This document shows, in pieces, positions 22,471-31,606 of a DNA stretch of 64,000 nt. The translations under genes and the position numbers were made by a program. Position 1 is the stretch's first letter. Each line of letters starts with the position of its first letter. The notes under the pieces were generated by a model. That model was not told the DNA's origin, made no database searches, and worked only from the letters and a program-made list of their open reading frames with translations. The stretch comes from an uncultured delta proteobacterium (lineage in GTDB: Bacteria > Desulfobacterota > Binatia > UBA9968): the NCBI GenBank assembly GCA_963745835.1, contig CAVUZH010000018.1, forward strand, positions 470,441 through 534,440, read 5' to 3'.

Positions 22471-23466
22471 CTAGCGTGTCTGGGCGTACAGCTTATCGAT
22501 CGCGCCGCTCTGCTCTATCTCGCGGACGAAACGCATGTCGATGAACCCTTTAGGATCGGCGGTCTTGGCGCGCGGGTCGCGATCGGCGGCGAGTTCGAAG
22601 ATAATCTCGACGGCGGCGGGCGCGGCGTACGGCACCCGCGGGAACTGTTTTACGACGAACGACTCATAGGCGTCTTCCAGGGCTTCGCGGTCTTGCACGC
22701 GCAAATATTTTTGCATGATCTTCAGCGCTGCTTCCCGGTTGCTTTTAGCATAATGGATCGCTTCGACGATGACTCGAACGGTTCTTCGAACGGTGTCTTC
22801 ATTGGCCTTCACGTAAGCGCGCCGGGTCACTAGACCGCCTTGTAGAAACGGAATACCCAATTCGACGCCGTCAGCCAGGGCGCGAAACCCCAAGCGGCGG
22901 GCCTGCACGGTTTGCGGCGAATCGAGCACCGTGGCATCAAGCTTTTTGGCTTCCATGGCGCCAAGGCGAGTCGCCGGTCCGCCGCCGCCTGCCTGAATGA
23001 TCTGTACATCTTTATTCTCATTGATTCCGAGCTTGCGAAGAATCAAACGCAATGCCCAGTCCGCGGCGGCGCCGTAGCGCCCGATGCCGATCACTTTTCC
23101 GCGCAGATCCTCAGGGCGGCGGATCTCGGGACGAGTAATAAGCTGATAGGAGTTCAAATTGCACCAGCCCGCCAGCATGACCAAGTCCAAGCCGTTCAGA
23201 TACGGCCCAACCGCCAGGCCGCCGGACATCGTCGCCAGAGGCGCTGCGCCGGCGGTGAGCGCCTGCACCGCCGGCGCGGAGTCGACGTAGATCAGGTCCG
23301 CGTTTAAACCGTGGCGCTCGAAGAGCCCAGCCTCGCGCGCAAACCAAGTCGCGGAGTTGGTCATGGTAAATTGGCTATAGATTAATTTAAGCGGCTCTTG
23401 TGCGGGCGCCTGCTGCGGGACCAAGAGTAAGACGGCGAGAGCACCAATGATCAACATGCTTTTCAT
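22471..23466 (-). CDS. NMT1/SsuA-like ABC substrate-binding protein
   Basis: GGAGG RBS, signal peptide, GLFERHGL, EDLRGKVIGI, FIDMRFVREIE. Confidence 0.88.
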   Translation of the reverse strand: MKSMLIIGALAVLLLVPQQAPAQEPLKLIYSQFTMTNSATWFAREAGLFERHGLNADLIYVDSAPAVQALTAGAAPLATMSGGLAVGPYLNGLDLVMLAGWCNLNSYQLITRPEIRRPEDLRGKVIGIGRYGAAADWALRLILRKLGINENKDVQIIQAGGGGPATRLGAMEAKKLDATVLDSPQTVQARRLGFRALADGVELGIPFLQGGLVTRRAYVKANEDTVRRTVRVIVEAIHYAKSNREAALKIMQKYLRVQDREALEDAYESFVVKQFPRVPYAAPAAVEIIFELAADRDPRAKTADPKGFIDMRFVREIEQSGAIDKLYAQTR

Positions 23467-23755
23467 AAGCCCTCCATGAATCACTAAGACATCGCATAGC
23501 GCCGCGGAAAAAAGCAATCTGATTAACTGCAACAGGTAATCCGCGCCGGCGTCGTGAAATCCTTGGGCTACGTTCAGCAACCAAAAACGACAGACATTTG
23601 CCGGCGTTAAAAATGTGGTGAACAGCAATCCTATGACGATTCGCTGTAACTAAGACTTCATGCGGCTCCCCTGGATGTTCCAGGCAGCGCTGCCGGCGGC
23701 GAGCGGTTAAAACAGGCATCGTGTCAGTCCAGTAGATCGAGTCGCCTTTTTTCAC

Positions 23756-25104
23756 TGTCGTAGCAACGTCAATATGTCATGTTAACAGCAACGTAAAAAT
23801 GTCAGGGTGACACCTGAGGTAAAGTCGCCAGCTTAGAAAGCGGACCATAGCGGAACCCTACCTTCTTACCGTTCGTTCGATATAGGCCAATTGTGTGCGT
23901 TGTTTTTGAATCGAAGGTTGCGATTTTCTCGGTGTTGTAGAAAAACTCCACCGCGCCATCGAGAAGCACATGCACATCGATTCTCTTGTTGGCATAGGAG
24001 CGAAAGGGCGAGGTCTTAGGGATCTGCAAGACCGAACCTTCGAAAGTCACGGTGTTGTCCTTGGCCACGGTACGCTGTTGTTTGAAACACAAAGCCCTGT
24101 CGATTTTAAGCGCACTGAGTTTTCTCCAGGCCGGCTCTGCTTTAGCGGGCTGAGCGAATCTACGGTTATGAACGATGAGATAACGATTCAGGACCACGGT
24201 TGCCTGTTCCACGGTCTTGGCCTTGGCCAGCCGCAGCTCACTGACCAGTCGATCCTGGAAAGTGTTCCACAGTCTCTCGATTCTTCCCTTGGCCTGAGGG
24301 GAATGGGCTAGGATCAAGGTCACCCCCAGCTCTTCTAACCCTCGGCCCACCTCGGTAGTCGGTTTTCTGTTGATCAACTGCTCCTCTAATGTCGGTTCCC
24401 GCTCGGTCCAGAATACCGAGTGACAGTCGGTATAGATCGACTGGGGCACTCCATGCTGCTTGAAGATCTCGCAGAACAGGTGGAAGTAACCCCAGGAGCT
24501 CTCGGCCGGGGCAAAAAAGGCTCCCATGACTTTGCTCGTGGCATCGTCGATGGCCCCGATCAGACAAAGGCGCGACCCTCGTCCTTGGAGCCAGTCGTGC
24601 GGGGAGCCATCGACCTGGAGCATCATCCCCTCACTGGCCCGTCTTTCTCTGCGGCTTCGGTGTTTGATCCCGCGGCGCCTCTTGGGGGAACCGATCCCGT
24701 TTGCACGAAGAACACGCCGGACTTTCTCTCGACTGAGCTTGATCTTTTCTTGTTCTTTGAGCTTCTCGGTCAGATGGTGATCGTTGAAGCCTTGGTATTT
24801 CCCTCGGGCTAATGCCAAGACCTGTCTAATGGTCTTCTCCTTGGTCTTACGTTTACAAGGCCGTCCGCGGTTGCCATGAACCACTCCCTTGGCTCCGGTC
24901 TTATTGACCCGTGCTTTGATCCGATAACACTGCCGCTGGCTTACTCCCATCACCAGTGCGGCTTGCATCACTGTCAGCTCACGGCGCAACACCCGTTGTA
25001 TTATCTCTAGTCGCTTCTCGTCTTGCATTGTCAGGGTTGTCATCCTCCCACCCTGACATAATCACGTTGCCATTAACCCCTGACAGATTCACTTCGCTAC
25101 TACA
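23756..25104 (-). mobile_element. Complete IS1202-like (ISNCY) insertion sequence, 1349 bp
   Basis: TGT..ACA ends, ~50-bp imperfect IRs each with two internal repeats; flanking 15-bp DR gtcgcc(t/g)tttttcac at 23741-23755 and 25105-25119. Confidence 0.9.
23802..25043 (-). CDS. DDE transposase (IS1202/ISNCY)
   Basis: HGNRGR, LQVDGSPHDW, IDDATS, SIYTD, SPQAKGRIERLWNTFQDRL. Confidence 0.95.
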   Translation of the reverse strand: MTTLTMQDEKRLEIIQRVLRRELTVMQAALVMGVSQRQCYRIKARVNKTGAKGVVHGNRGRPCKRKTKEKTIRQVLALARGKYQGFNDHHLTEKLKEQEKIKLSREKVRRVLRANGIGSPKRRRGIKHRSRRERRASEGMMLQVDGSPHDWLQGRGSRLCLIGAIDDATSKVMGAFFAPAESSWGYFHLFCEIFKQHGVPQSIYTDCHSVFWTEREPTLEEQLINRKPTTEVGRGLEELGVTLILAHSPQAKGRIERLWNTFQDRLVSELRLAKAKTVEQATVVLNRYLIVHNRRFAQPAKAEPAWRKLSALKIDRALCFKQQRTVAKDNTVTFEGSVLQIPKTSPFRSYANKRIDVHVLLDGAVEFFYNTEKIATFDSKTTHTIGLYRTNGKKVGFRYGPLSKLATLPQVSP

Positions 25105-25226
25105 GTCGCCGTTTTTCACTTGACACTCATTCGAGACTTTACTAAGCGACGTTTAGAATTATTTCGCCGAAATTAAGAAACGCCAGATAAAGCGAAATGA
25201 GCTAATAAATCGAAGGGGGAATGCAT

Positions 25227-25829
25227 ATGGCTTACAAACTCGAGGGAAGTCTTCTCGAAGTCTGCAATTGCGAGGTGCTCTGCCCCTGTTGGATCGGGGT
25301 CGATCCGGATAACGGCACTTGCGACACCGTGGTTGCGCATCATTTTGACAGAGGGAAAATCGATGGTGTAGACGTATCCGGGCTCACCATGGGCTTCACT
25401 GCGCACGTTCCGGGAAACATACTCAAAGGCAACTGGCGCGCGGTGGTGCATATCGATCAAGCGGCGACGAAAGAACAGGAAGATGCGCTGCTCAGTGTTT
25501 ACACCGGCAAGCAGGGCGGTCCGCTGGCGGACCTTTTCCAATTGATCGGCGAAGTAGTCGCGGTCGAGCGCTCGCCCATCACCTTCACGGTTGAGGAAGG
25601 GAAAGGAACCCTGCGGATCGGCAATGTCGCGGATTGTGAGATGGAACCTTTCCGCGGTCCTAACGGTGATGTGACAACGCTCCGCGATTCGGTGTTTTCG
25701 ACCATTCCCGGCTCACCGGCATACGTTGCCAAGGCAACCAAATACAAAATGGAAAATCCTAAACTAGGCCAAAGCATCGACCTTAAGGATCACAACGCGA
25801 TCCAGGGGAAGTTTGTTTTTGAAGCCTGA
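25227..25829 (+). CDS. DUF1326 domain protein (Cys-rich, putative metal binding)
   Basis: LEVCNCEVLCPCW, GKIDGVDVSGL, VYTGKQGGPL. Confidence 0.85.
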   Translation: MAYKLEGSLLEVCNCEVLCPCWIGVDPDNGTCDTVVAHHFDRGKIDGVDVSGLTMGFTAHVPGNILKGNWRAVVHIDQAATKEQEDALLSVYTGKQGGPLADLFQLIGEVVAVERSPITFTVEEGKGTLRIGNVADCEMEPFRGPNGDVTTLRDSVFSTIPGSPAYVAKATKYKMENPKLGQSIDLKDHNAIQGKFVFEA

Positions 25830-25859
25830 CGCCGATTGGAAAACGCAACAGTGACAGTG

Positions 25860-25925
25860 CTCGCGCAAAGCCGCGAAGTTCGGAAGCATTGCCTTTACCA
25901 TGGCCACTTTGCGTCTTTGCGCGAG
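25860..25925. repeat. REP-like inverted repeat (CGCAAAG motif)
   Basis: ctcgcgcaaag ... ctttgcgcgag perfect 11-bp arms with inner degenerate copies. Confidence 0.6.
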
Positions 25926-25986
25926 AAATTCCTGTTCTAATTGGGTGCGATAAATCTTTTCTGTTTGCGGCTTCCTCCGGCCCGTT

Positions 25987-26778
25987 ATGCAAGCTCTGCG
26001 CATAAGCCCCGCTGCTGATCGTCGACTCTTCCTATGGCTGATGGGCTCGTTGATCGGCGTGGCATGGCTGATTCTCTGGCTCTGGGATCGCTCGCCCTAT
26101 GGCCGCTATCTCCATCATGCAGAACTGGGCGAGTTGGGCCTCAGCGGATCGGCGGTTCTCGCTATCGTGCTCTACCTGCTTGGCTGGATCCTGATGACGG
26201 CGGCGATGATGTTGCCGACCACCTTGCCACTGCTTGAGATATTTCGTCGCCTGATCATGCGCCGGCCGGATCGATGGCAACTCGTGATCGAGGTGATCAC
26301 CGGCTACCTAAGTGTTTGGCTGGTCTTCGGCATTGCCGCCCATTCAGCCGATTGGCTACTGCATCAAGCTGTAGAACGAAGTCCTTGGCTCGACACCAAC
26401 GGCTGGGTCATTGGAGCGGGCACGCTGCTGTTGGCCGGCGGTTTTCAGTTCACTGGGCTCAAATACCGCTGTCTGGACAAATGTCGAGCGCCTTTGAGTT
26501 TTGTCATGGAACACTGGCGCGGCCGGCATGAACACCGAAACGCGCTCTTGCTCGGCATCCATCATGGGGTTTTTTGTGTGGGCTGCTGCTGGGCCTTGAT
26601 GCTCTTGATGTTCGCTGTCGGCGTCGGCAATGTCGGTTGGATGCTGGCCCTTGGCGCGCTTATGGCAATGGAGAAGAATATGCCTTGGGGCCGCAAGCTG
26701 AGCGCTCCCGTCGGTGTGGCTTTACTCGCAGCTGGAGTCTTGATCGTGTTCAACCATTCCTTTTTCATCCAAGGTTAG
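25987..26778 (+). CDS. DUF2182 predicted metal-binding membrane protein
   Basis: WILMTAAMMLP, KYRCLDKCRAP, FCVGCCWALMLLMF. Confidence 0.9.
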   Translation: MQALRISPAADRRLFLWLMGSLIGVAWLILWLWDRSPYGRYLHHAELGELGLSGSAVLAIVLYLLGWILMTAAMMLPTTLPLLEIFRRLIMRRPDRWQLVIEVITGYLSVWLVFGIAAHSADWLLHQAVERSPWLDTNGWVIGAGTLLLAGGFQFTGLKYRCLDKCRAPLSFVMEHWRGRHEHRNALLLGIHHGVFCVGCCWALMLLMFAVGVGNVGWMLALGALMAMEKNMPWGRKLSAPVGVALLAAGVLIVFNHSFFIQG

Positions 26779-26862
26779 CTCGCTTCGTAACGCGCAAGGG
26801 TACGCCGCAAAGTATTTCGCTGAGCAACGAAGGCACGCAGAGCGGCAAAGGCCCTCATGAGC

Positions 26863-27240
26863 AAATTCGAAGCACTAACAGGCTGCTGAAAAAGACCCAT
26901 ATGCTTCGTTGCGCTCAAATCGCCTCGCTGCAACGTACTGTAAGTACGCCTTAGCTCGTCGATTTTTCGTGCGCCTCGCCTCTGGATCTTTTGAGCAGCC
27001 TGCAACCAGAGTTTTTAGCAACCTGCTAAGTCCGAAGCTCGAAACAAATATGATGAAAGCACGAAATCCGAGGCTCGAAGCTCGAACTAAATTCAAAACA
27101 ATGTTCCAAACGGAGTTGAATCGATTCGGAGTTTTGGCTTTCTCTGTTTGAGATTTATTTGGGTGCTGTTTGTTTCGGATTTCGTGCTTCGGATTTCGAA
27201 TTTGTTTCGCAATTGTTTCGGATCGCAATTCGAAATTCAT
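26863..27240. repeat. Heptamer-based inverted repeat element (AAATCCG/AAGCACG versus TTTCGGA/TTTCGTG), interrupted by a MITE
   Basis: aaagcacgaaatccgaggctcgaagctcgaa on left arm; tttcggatttcgtgcttcggatttcgaattt on right arm. Confidence 0.7.
26879..27025. mobile_element. 147-bp MITE with IS5-like ends
   Basis: IRs CAGGCTGCTGAAAAA / TTTTTAGCAACCTG, extra internal right end at 26988-27002, CTAA duplicated at 26875-26878 and 27026-27029. Confidence 0.8.
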
Positions 27241-27243
27241 ATC

Positions 27244-28500
27244 TTAGCGCCGGCCTGCCGCGAGCTTCAATGAATCCGGAAGGTCACGGAGGCGGCCCAT
27301 GGCGGCCACGCCGAGAAATGGTCCCATCGCCAGCGCGGCGAATGCCCAGCGCCATCCTACCCAGCTGACGACCACGGGAATCATCCAGATCGACGCCACT
27401 GTGAGAGCAAAGCCGACGCAAGTCTGAATCGTCAGCGCTGTCCCCACATAGGCGGGCTGCGAAAGCTCAGTCACTGCGGTGGAGAATTGAGCCGAATCGG
27501 CAATGACAGTAATGCCCCATAGAATAGCTATGGCGAGAGTGACACCGGGAGGGCCTCCAAAGGTGAAACCGATGAGGAGGGCGCAGAGACCGCTCAAACC
27601 CATGGCGGCCATCGTGAGAGTTGTCCGCCCCCAACGATCCGATACCACCCCGCCGATATAGCAGCCGAGCGCACCGATCGCGATCACAAGAAAGGCCGCA
27701 ATACTTGGATGCATGCCGAAGTAATCGTTGGCGCCTCGGATCTGAATGCTTTCGGCAAGAAAAACTCCGATCCACGCCCACATCGGATATAGCTCCCACA
27801 TGTGTCCGAAATAGCCGAAGCAAGTGAGCCGCAATCCACGCTCGCGAAAAATGGCTCCGGACATGCGAATGTCAAACCGCGCGGGTGGAAATCGGTAAGG
27901 ACCATCCCTGACTAAGACCAGGATGATCACACAGCTCAATAGCGCGAGCAGCGACGACGCCAGCAGAGTCTGGCGCCACGGAAGGTCGGTGGCGCCGCGA
28001 ATCAGATGTGGAATCGCCGAACCAGCCGTAAGCGCGCCGATTAAGATTCCCATCGCGACTCCGCGGCCGTCGCGAAACCAGGTCGCCATAATCTTCATGG
28101 CCGGCGGGTAGGCGCCGGCCATGCAAATACCCGTGATAATGCGCAAGATCAAAGCCGTTGCCAGATTATCGCCCCATAGAGCCAGCGCGCCGTTTGCGAC
28201 TGCGCCAGCGGCGGCGCTGATCGCCATGAGAACCCGGGGTGAGTATATATCGGGCAGATTACCGAGGGCGCTCAGGAGCGTGCCGATGATGAAGCCTACC
28301 TGAACAGCGATGGTGAGTCCCGCCCGGCCGCTATCGCTGAGCTGCCATTCGCTCGAGAGCGCTGGAAGCACGGCAGTGGCGCTAAACCAGAGTGAGAGCG
28401 CAAATAATTCAGCAATGGATAGATAGACGAGTGCCCGCCAGCGTTGGCCTGCATCCTTCTGGTAGGAGTTGTGAATGGATTGCGGGCTTTGGTCGCTCAT
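27244..28500 (-). CDS. MFS transporter
   Basis: ~12 hydrophobic helices; GVVSDRWGR motif A; YPPAMK. Confidence 0.92.
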   Translation of the reverse strand: MSDQSPQSIHNSYQKDAGQRWRALVYLSIAELFALSLWFSATAVLPALSSEWQLSDSGRAGLTIAVQVGFIIGTLLSALGNLPDIYSPRVLMAISAAAGAVANGALALWGDNLATALILRIITGICMAGAYPPAMKIMATWFRDGRGVAMGILIGALTAGSAIPHLIRGATDLPWRQTLLASSLLALLSCVIILVLVRDGPYRFPPARFDIRMSGAIFRERGLRLTCFGYFGHMWELYPMWAWIGVFLAESIQIRGANDYFGMHPSIAAFLVIAIGALGCYIGGVVSDRWGRTTLTMAAMGLSGLCALLIGFTFGGPPGVTLAIAILWGITVIADSAQFSTAVTELSQPAYVGTALTIQTCVGFALTVASIWMIPVVVSWVGWRWAFAALAMGPFLGVAAMGRLRDLPDSLKLAAGRR

Positions 28501-28823
28501 CCGAAGAAGCTACTTAAGCCGATAGACCGCGTCAAATGAAAATCGAAACACAGTGGCCCGCAACAATACAGAAAGCAGGAAGCGGCAACAGCAATTTGCC
28601 GATCTTACAGTTGGGACAGGGATGATGCGACTTGACCGATTCCAGGCCCCTAAGGAATCCCACTTTTGAAATTTCGACTTCACATAATCAGATAAATGGG
28701 AGGTTGGAGATCTCCCGCTCAGCGTTCCCGACTTATTGATTTAGATGGCATGGACGTTGCTGATTTTACGGATGAATCGGCTTCGCCTTCCAGCAGAGCT
28801 AGTCTTATTCGGGGAGGATTACC

Positions 28824-29042
28824 ATGGCAACATTTCAATCGATAGGAGATTTTTTCACGCGTATCTTCGGTTGGGGTGGGCGTAGCTGGGGAGGAGAAAG
28901 GGGTCCGCAGCCAGGTGATGGTGCGGTCGTTCACCATTCTTCTGGCGAAGCCGACTTCGATGGTTTATCGGGGGATGTCCCGCCGCCAATCAAGGATGCT
29001 AATCGCGATCTGCCGTACCCGCGGAAAAAATCCGCCGATTAG
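28824..29042 (+). CDS. Small hypothetical protein (72 aa)
   Basis: GGAGG RBS at correct spacing; fills an otherwise empty intergenic gap. Confidence 0.55.
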   Translation: MATFQSIGDFFTRIFGWGGRSWGGERGPQPGDGAVVHHSSGEADFDGLSGDVPPPIKDANRDLPYPRKKSAD

Positions 29043-29232
29043 GTCTTTAAAGGCCGTTCGGCATGGTTGCCATCGGCCCCAACAACAAAGCTGCCGTAGC
29101 GGAAGCTTACAGGGAGTTTTCTCCCTCCACAGCTTTATATTAAGAAGGGGACGGCACTGACTTTCTTACTTCTAAGTCGTCAATCCACCTCATGGTCGCG
29201 AGGCGTCCCTTGTCATCCCATCGGCCGCAAAG

Positions 29233-30360
29233 CTAACCCCAAACCTCACTGGCCACACGTACGACCAGCGATAACTTTGCAACCTCGGCATCGGAGCTGA
29301 TGTTATTACCCAAGACTGTGCTCGAGAAACCGCACTGAGGGCTGAGCGCGAGCTGTTCCAGAGGTACATATTGGGCTGCTTCGTCGATGCGTCGTTTGAG
29401 TTGGTCTGCGGTTTCCATTTCACCGCTTTTGGTTGTCACCAGGCCGAGGACGATCTTTTTTTGTTTGGGGACAAAGCGGAGCGGTGAAAAACTCCCGGCT
29501 CGAGGCGAGTCGTATTCGAGAAAAAAACCATCAAGCTTGAATTCGTTGAATAGAATCTCAGCCACCGGATCGTAACCGCCCTCGGCGGCCCAGGCGCTGC
29601 GAAAGTTGCCCCGGCAGATATGCATACATACGGTCATATTTGCCGGCCGGTCTGCGATGCAGTCATTAATTAGTTTTGCGTATATGTGCGGCAGCTGGTT
29701 GGGGTCCTCGCCGATGCGGCGCACGCTCTCGCGCATCTTCTCGTCGCAAAGATAGGCCATGTTCGGATCGTCGAGTTGTAGATAGGTACAACCGAGCTCC
29801 GCCAGGGCGCGAATCTCTTCACGATAGACTTGCGCCAGGTCACTGTAGAAACGATCCATGTCAGGGTACGCCTGTTTGTCGACCGCGTCGCGTCCGCCGC
29901 GCATGTGCAGAATCGTCGGCGATGGAATGCACAGCTTTGGCGTTCGAGTAGTCACCGAGGCCAAGTATTCAAAATTGTCGGTCTCAATCCCCCGGCTGCG
30001 CTCAAGATGGCCTGTCGTATAAAACCGGGTCGGTGACCGTTCGATTTCTTGCCCACCCGACTGAAACTTGCGACCAACGCCAGAGCCGTCGGCGACGCCT
30101 TCCTTGACGCTGACGCCTTCGATCTGCCGCAAAAAATCTGCATGCCAGATGGTGCGGCGATATTCGCCATCCGTGATGCCTTGCAGGCCGATTTCTTCCT
30201 GCAGCTTGGCGACGTCGCGAATGCAGCGGTCTTCGATTTCCCGCAGCGAGGCGCTCGATAGAGTTCCTCGCTGATGCTGCTCACGAGCGCTCAACAGTTC
30301 CGGCGGTCTTAGCAAGCTGCCGACATGGTCGGCGCGAAAAGGCGCAATTTTTTCACTCAT
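29233..30360 (-). CDS. Cobalamin-independent methionine synthase-like protein (single catalytic domain, YxjG/H-type)
   Basis: ADHVGSLLRP, ITDGEYRR, YLQLDD, MHICRGN, FLEYD, LSPQCGF. Confidence 0.9.
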   Translation of the reverse strand: MSEKIAPFRADHVGSLLRPPELLSAREQHQRGTLSSASLREIEDRCIRDVAKLQEEIGLQGITDGEYRRTIWHADFLRQIEGVSVKEGVADGSGVGRKFQSGGQEIERSPTRFYTTGHLERSRGIETDNFEYLASVTTRTPKLCIPSPTILHMRGGRDAVDKQAYPDMDRFYSDLAQVYREEIRALAELGCTYLQLDDPNMAYLCDEKMRESVRRIGEDPNQLPHIYAKLINDCIADRPANMTVCMHICRGNFRSAWAAEGGYDPVAEILFNEFKLDGFFLEYDSPRAGSFSPLRFVPKQKKIVLGLVTTKSGEMETADQLKRRIDEAAQYVPLEQLALSPQCGFSSTVLGNNISSDAEVAKLSLVVRVASEVWG

Positions 30361-30537
30361 AGGCGCATCCTCGTCGAAATAGTAATCGCAATCTCTTCGA
30401 TAAGAGAAGAGTAACGCGTTTAAAAGCTAAGCTGCATGACGGTGACGACTCGGTACATATGCACTGCGGCAATTGATAAATCAAATTCGCCATCTCCCGC
30501 AGAGTCTTTAAATAACTCGCTACTTAGGCCGGCAAAG

Positions 30538-31551
30538 TTATTTTTTGTAGAGCGCTTCAATAACTCCGCTGTCATCCAGTTCCTTGACGAAGCGGGCGTC
30601 GATCATTTCTTGCGCGTTCATAATCGCCGCTTTTGGATTGGTCAAGGACATTTCCCGCAAGACGCTCTGGTAGCCTTCCAGTGGCGGGTAGGGTTTAGCG
30701 GGCATGTTCTCATTAAACCAGGACCAGGTGTGTTCAAGCACCTTTCGATCTTCCATGCGGGAGTATTTTCGCATGATCTGGATGGTCTCTTCTTTGTGGT
30801 TCTTGAAATAATGGATCGCCTCGACATAAGCCCGCGTATATCGTCGCACCGTGTCCGGCTGCTCTTTGATGACCTTGGCTGTCGTGCAAATCGCGCGCTG
30901 CGGAAACGGTATCCGCAGCGAGATCAGATCGAGCATCACCGGGAAGCCGAGCTTGTCGACGATGGGCTTTTCCGCTTCAGTGAGTACAGTGAACTGAGCA
31001 ATTCCCTTCTGCATCGCAGCGACTCGGTCGAGAAGAACACCGATCGGGCGTAAACTCACATCCTTAAGCGGATCCAGGCCCAGCTTACTTAGGCTGATCC
31101 GCAGGGCAAAGTCGGCGATGGTTCCGGGGCTGTGATTTGCGCCTATTTTACCCCTTAAATCCTCCGGTCGTTTGATTCCCGGCAAGGTGACAAAATAATA
31201 TGTGAGAATATTTGAGTTACCCGCGATCGCCACTACATCGCTTCCAGCGATACGGGCGCTGGCAACCGCCGGTCCGGCACTTTCGCCGATGGCAGTTTCG
31301 CCGGCGAGGATCGCCTGCAGTGCGCGGACACTGCTCGGAATGAGAATTGGCGCGACATCGAGGCCATGCTTGTCGAATAGCCGCGCTTCTTTGGCCACCC
31401 AGATCACCGCCGATGCGCCAGGGGCAGGAGAGAAAAAAGCAGTGTTAAGTTTTTCCGCAGCCCTTGGCTGCTCCGCGCCAGTAAAAAATACCGCAAAGAA
31501 GATCAATGCCAAGGTACGCCACTTCAGCTCGTGACTTTGAGTGTTAAGCAT
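30538..31551 (-). CDS. NMT1/SsuA-like ABC substrate-binding protein
   Basis: GAGGAGG RBS; signal peptide; LFDKHGLDV, EDLRGK, IDARFVKELDDSG. Confidence 0.88.
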   Translation of the reverse strand: MLNTQSHELKWRTLALIFFAVFFTGAEQPRAAEKLNTAFFSPAPGASAVIWVAKEARLFDKHGLDVAPILIPSSVRALQAILAGETAIGESAGPAVASARIAGSDVVAIAGNSNILTYYFVTLPGIKRPEDLRGKIGANHSPGTIADFALRISLSKLGLDPLKDVSLRPIGVLLDRVAAMQKGIAQFTVLTEAEKPIVDKLGFPVMLDLISLRIPFPQRAICTTAKVIKEQPDTVRRYTRAYVEAIHYFKNHKEETIQIMRKYSRMEDRKVLEHTWSWFNENMPAKPYPPLEGYQSVLREMSLTNPKAAIMNAQEMIDARFVKELDDSGVIEALYKK

Positions 31552-31606
31552 AACCTCCTCCTTTCGAAGATCAGTAATTGGCGATCGGAGCATTGTTTTA
31601 GCCCAT

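Noticed and set aside
23741-23755. dif/Xer site as the IS target
   Set aside because: No XerC/XerD arm consensus (e.g. TTATGTTAAAT) around the reconstructed empty site
26863-27240. Possible CRISPR array
   Set aside because: Units are 7-bp degenerate and inverted, with no constant 25-40-bp repeat or unique spacers, and no cas genes
30361-30537. SAM/cobalamin riboswitch upstream of the MetE-like gene
   Set aside because: No recognisable consensus elements on the minus strand
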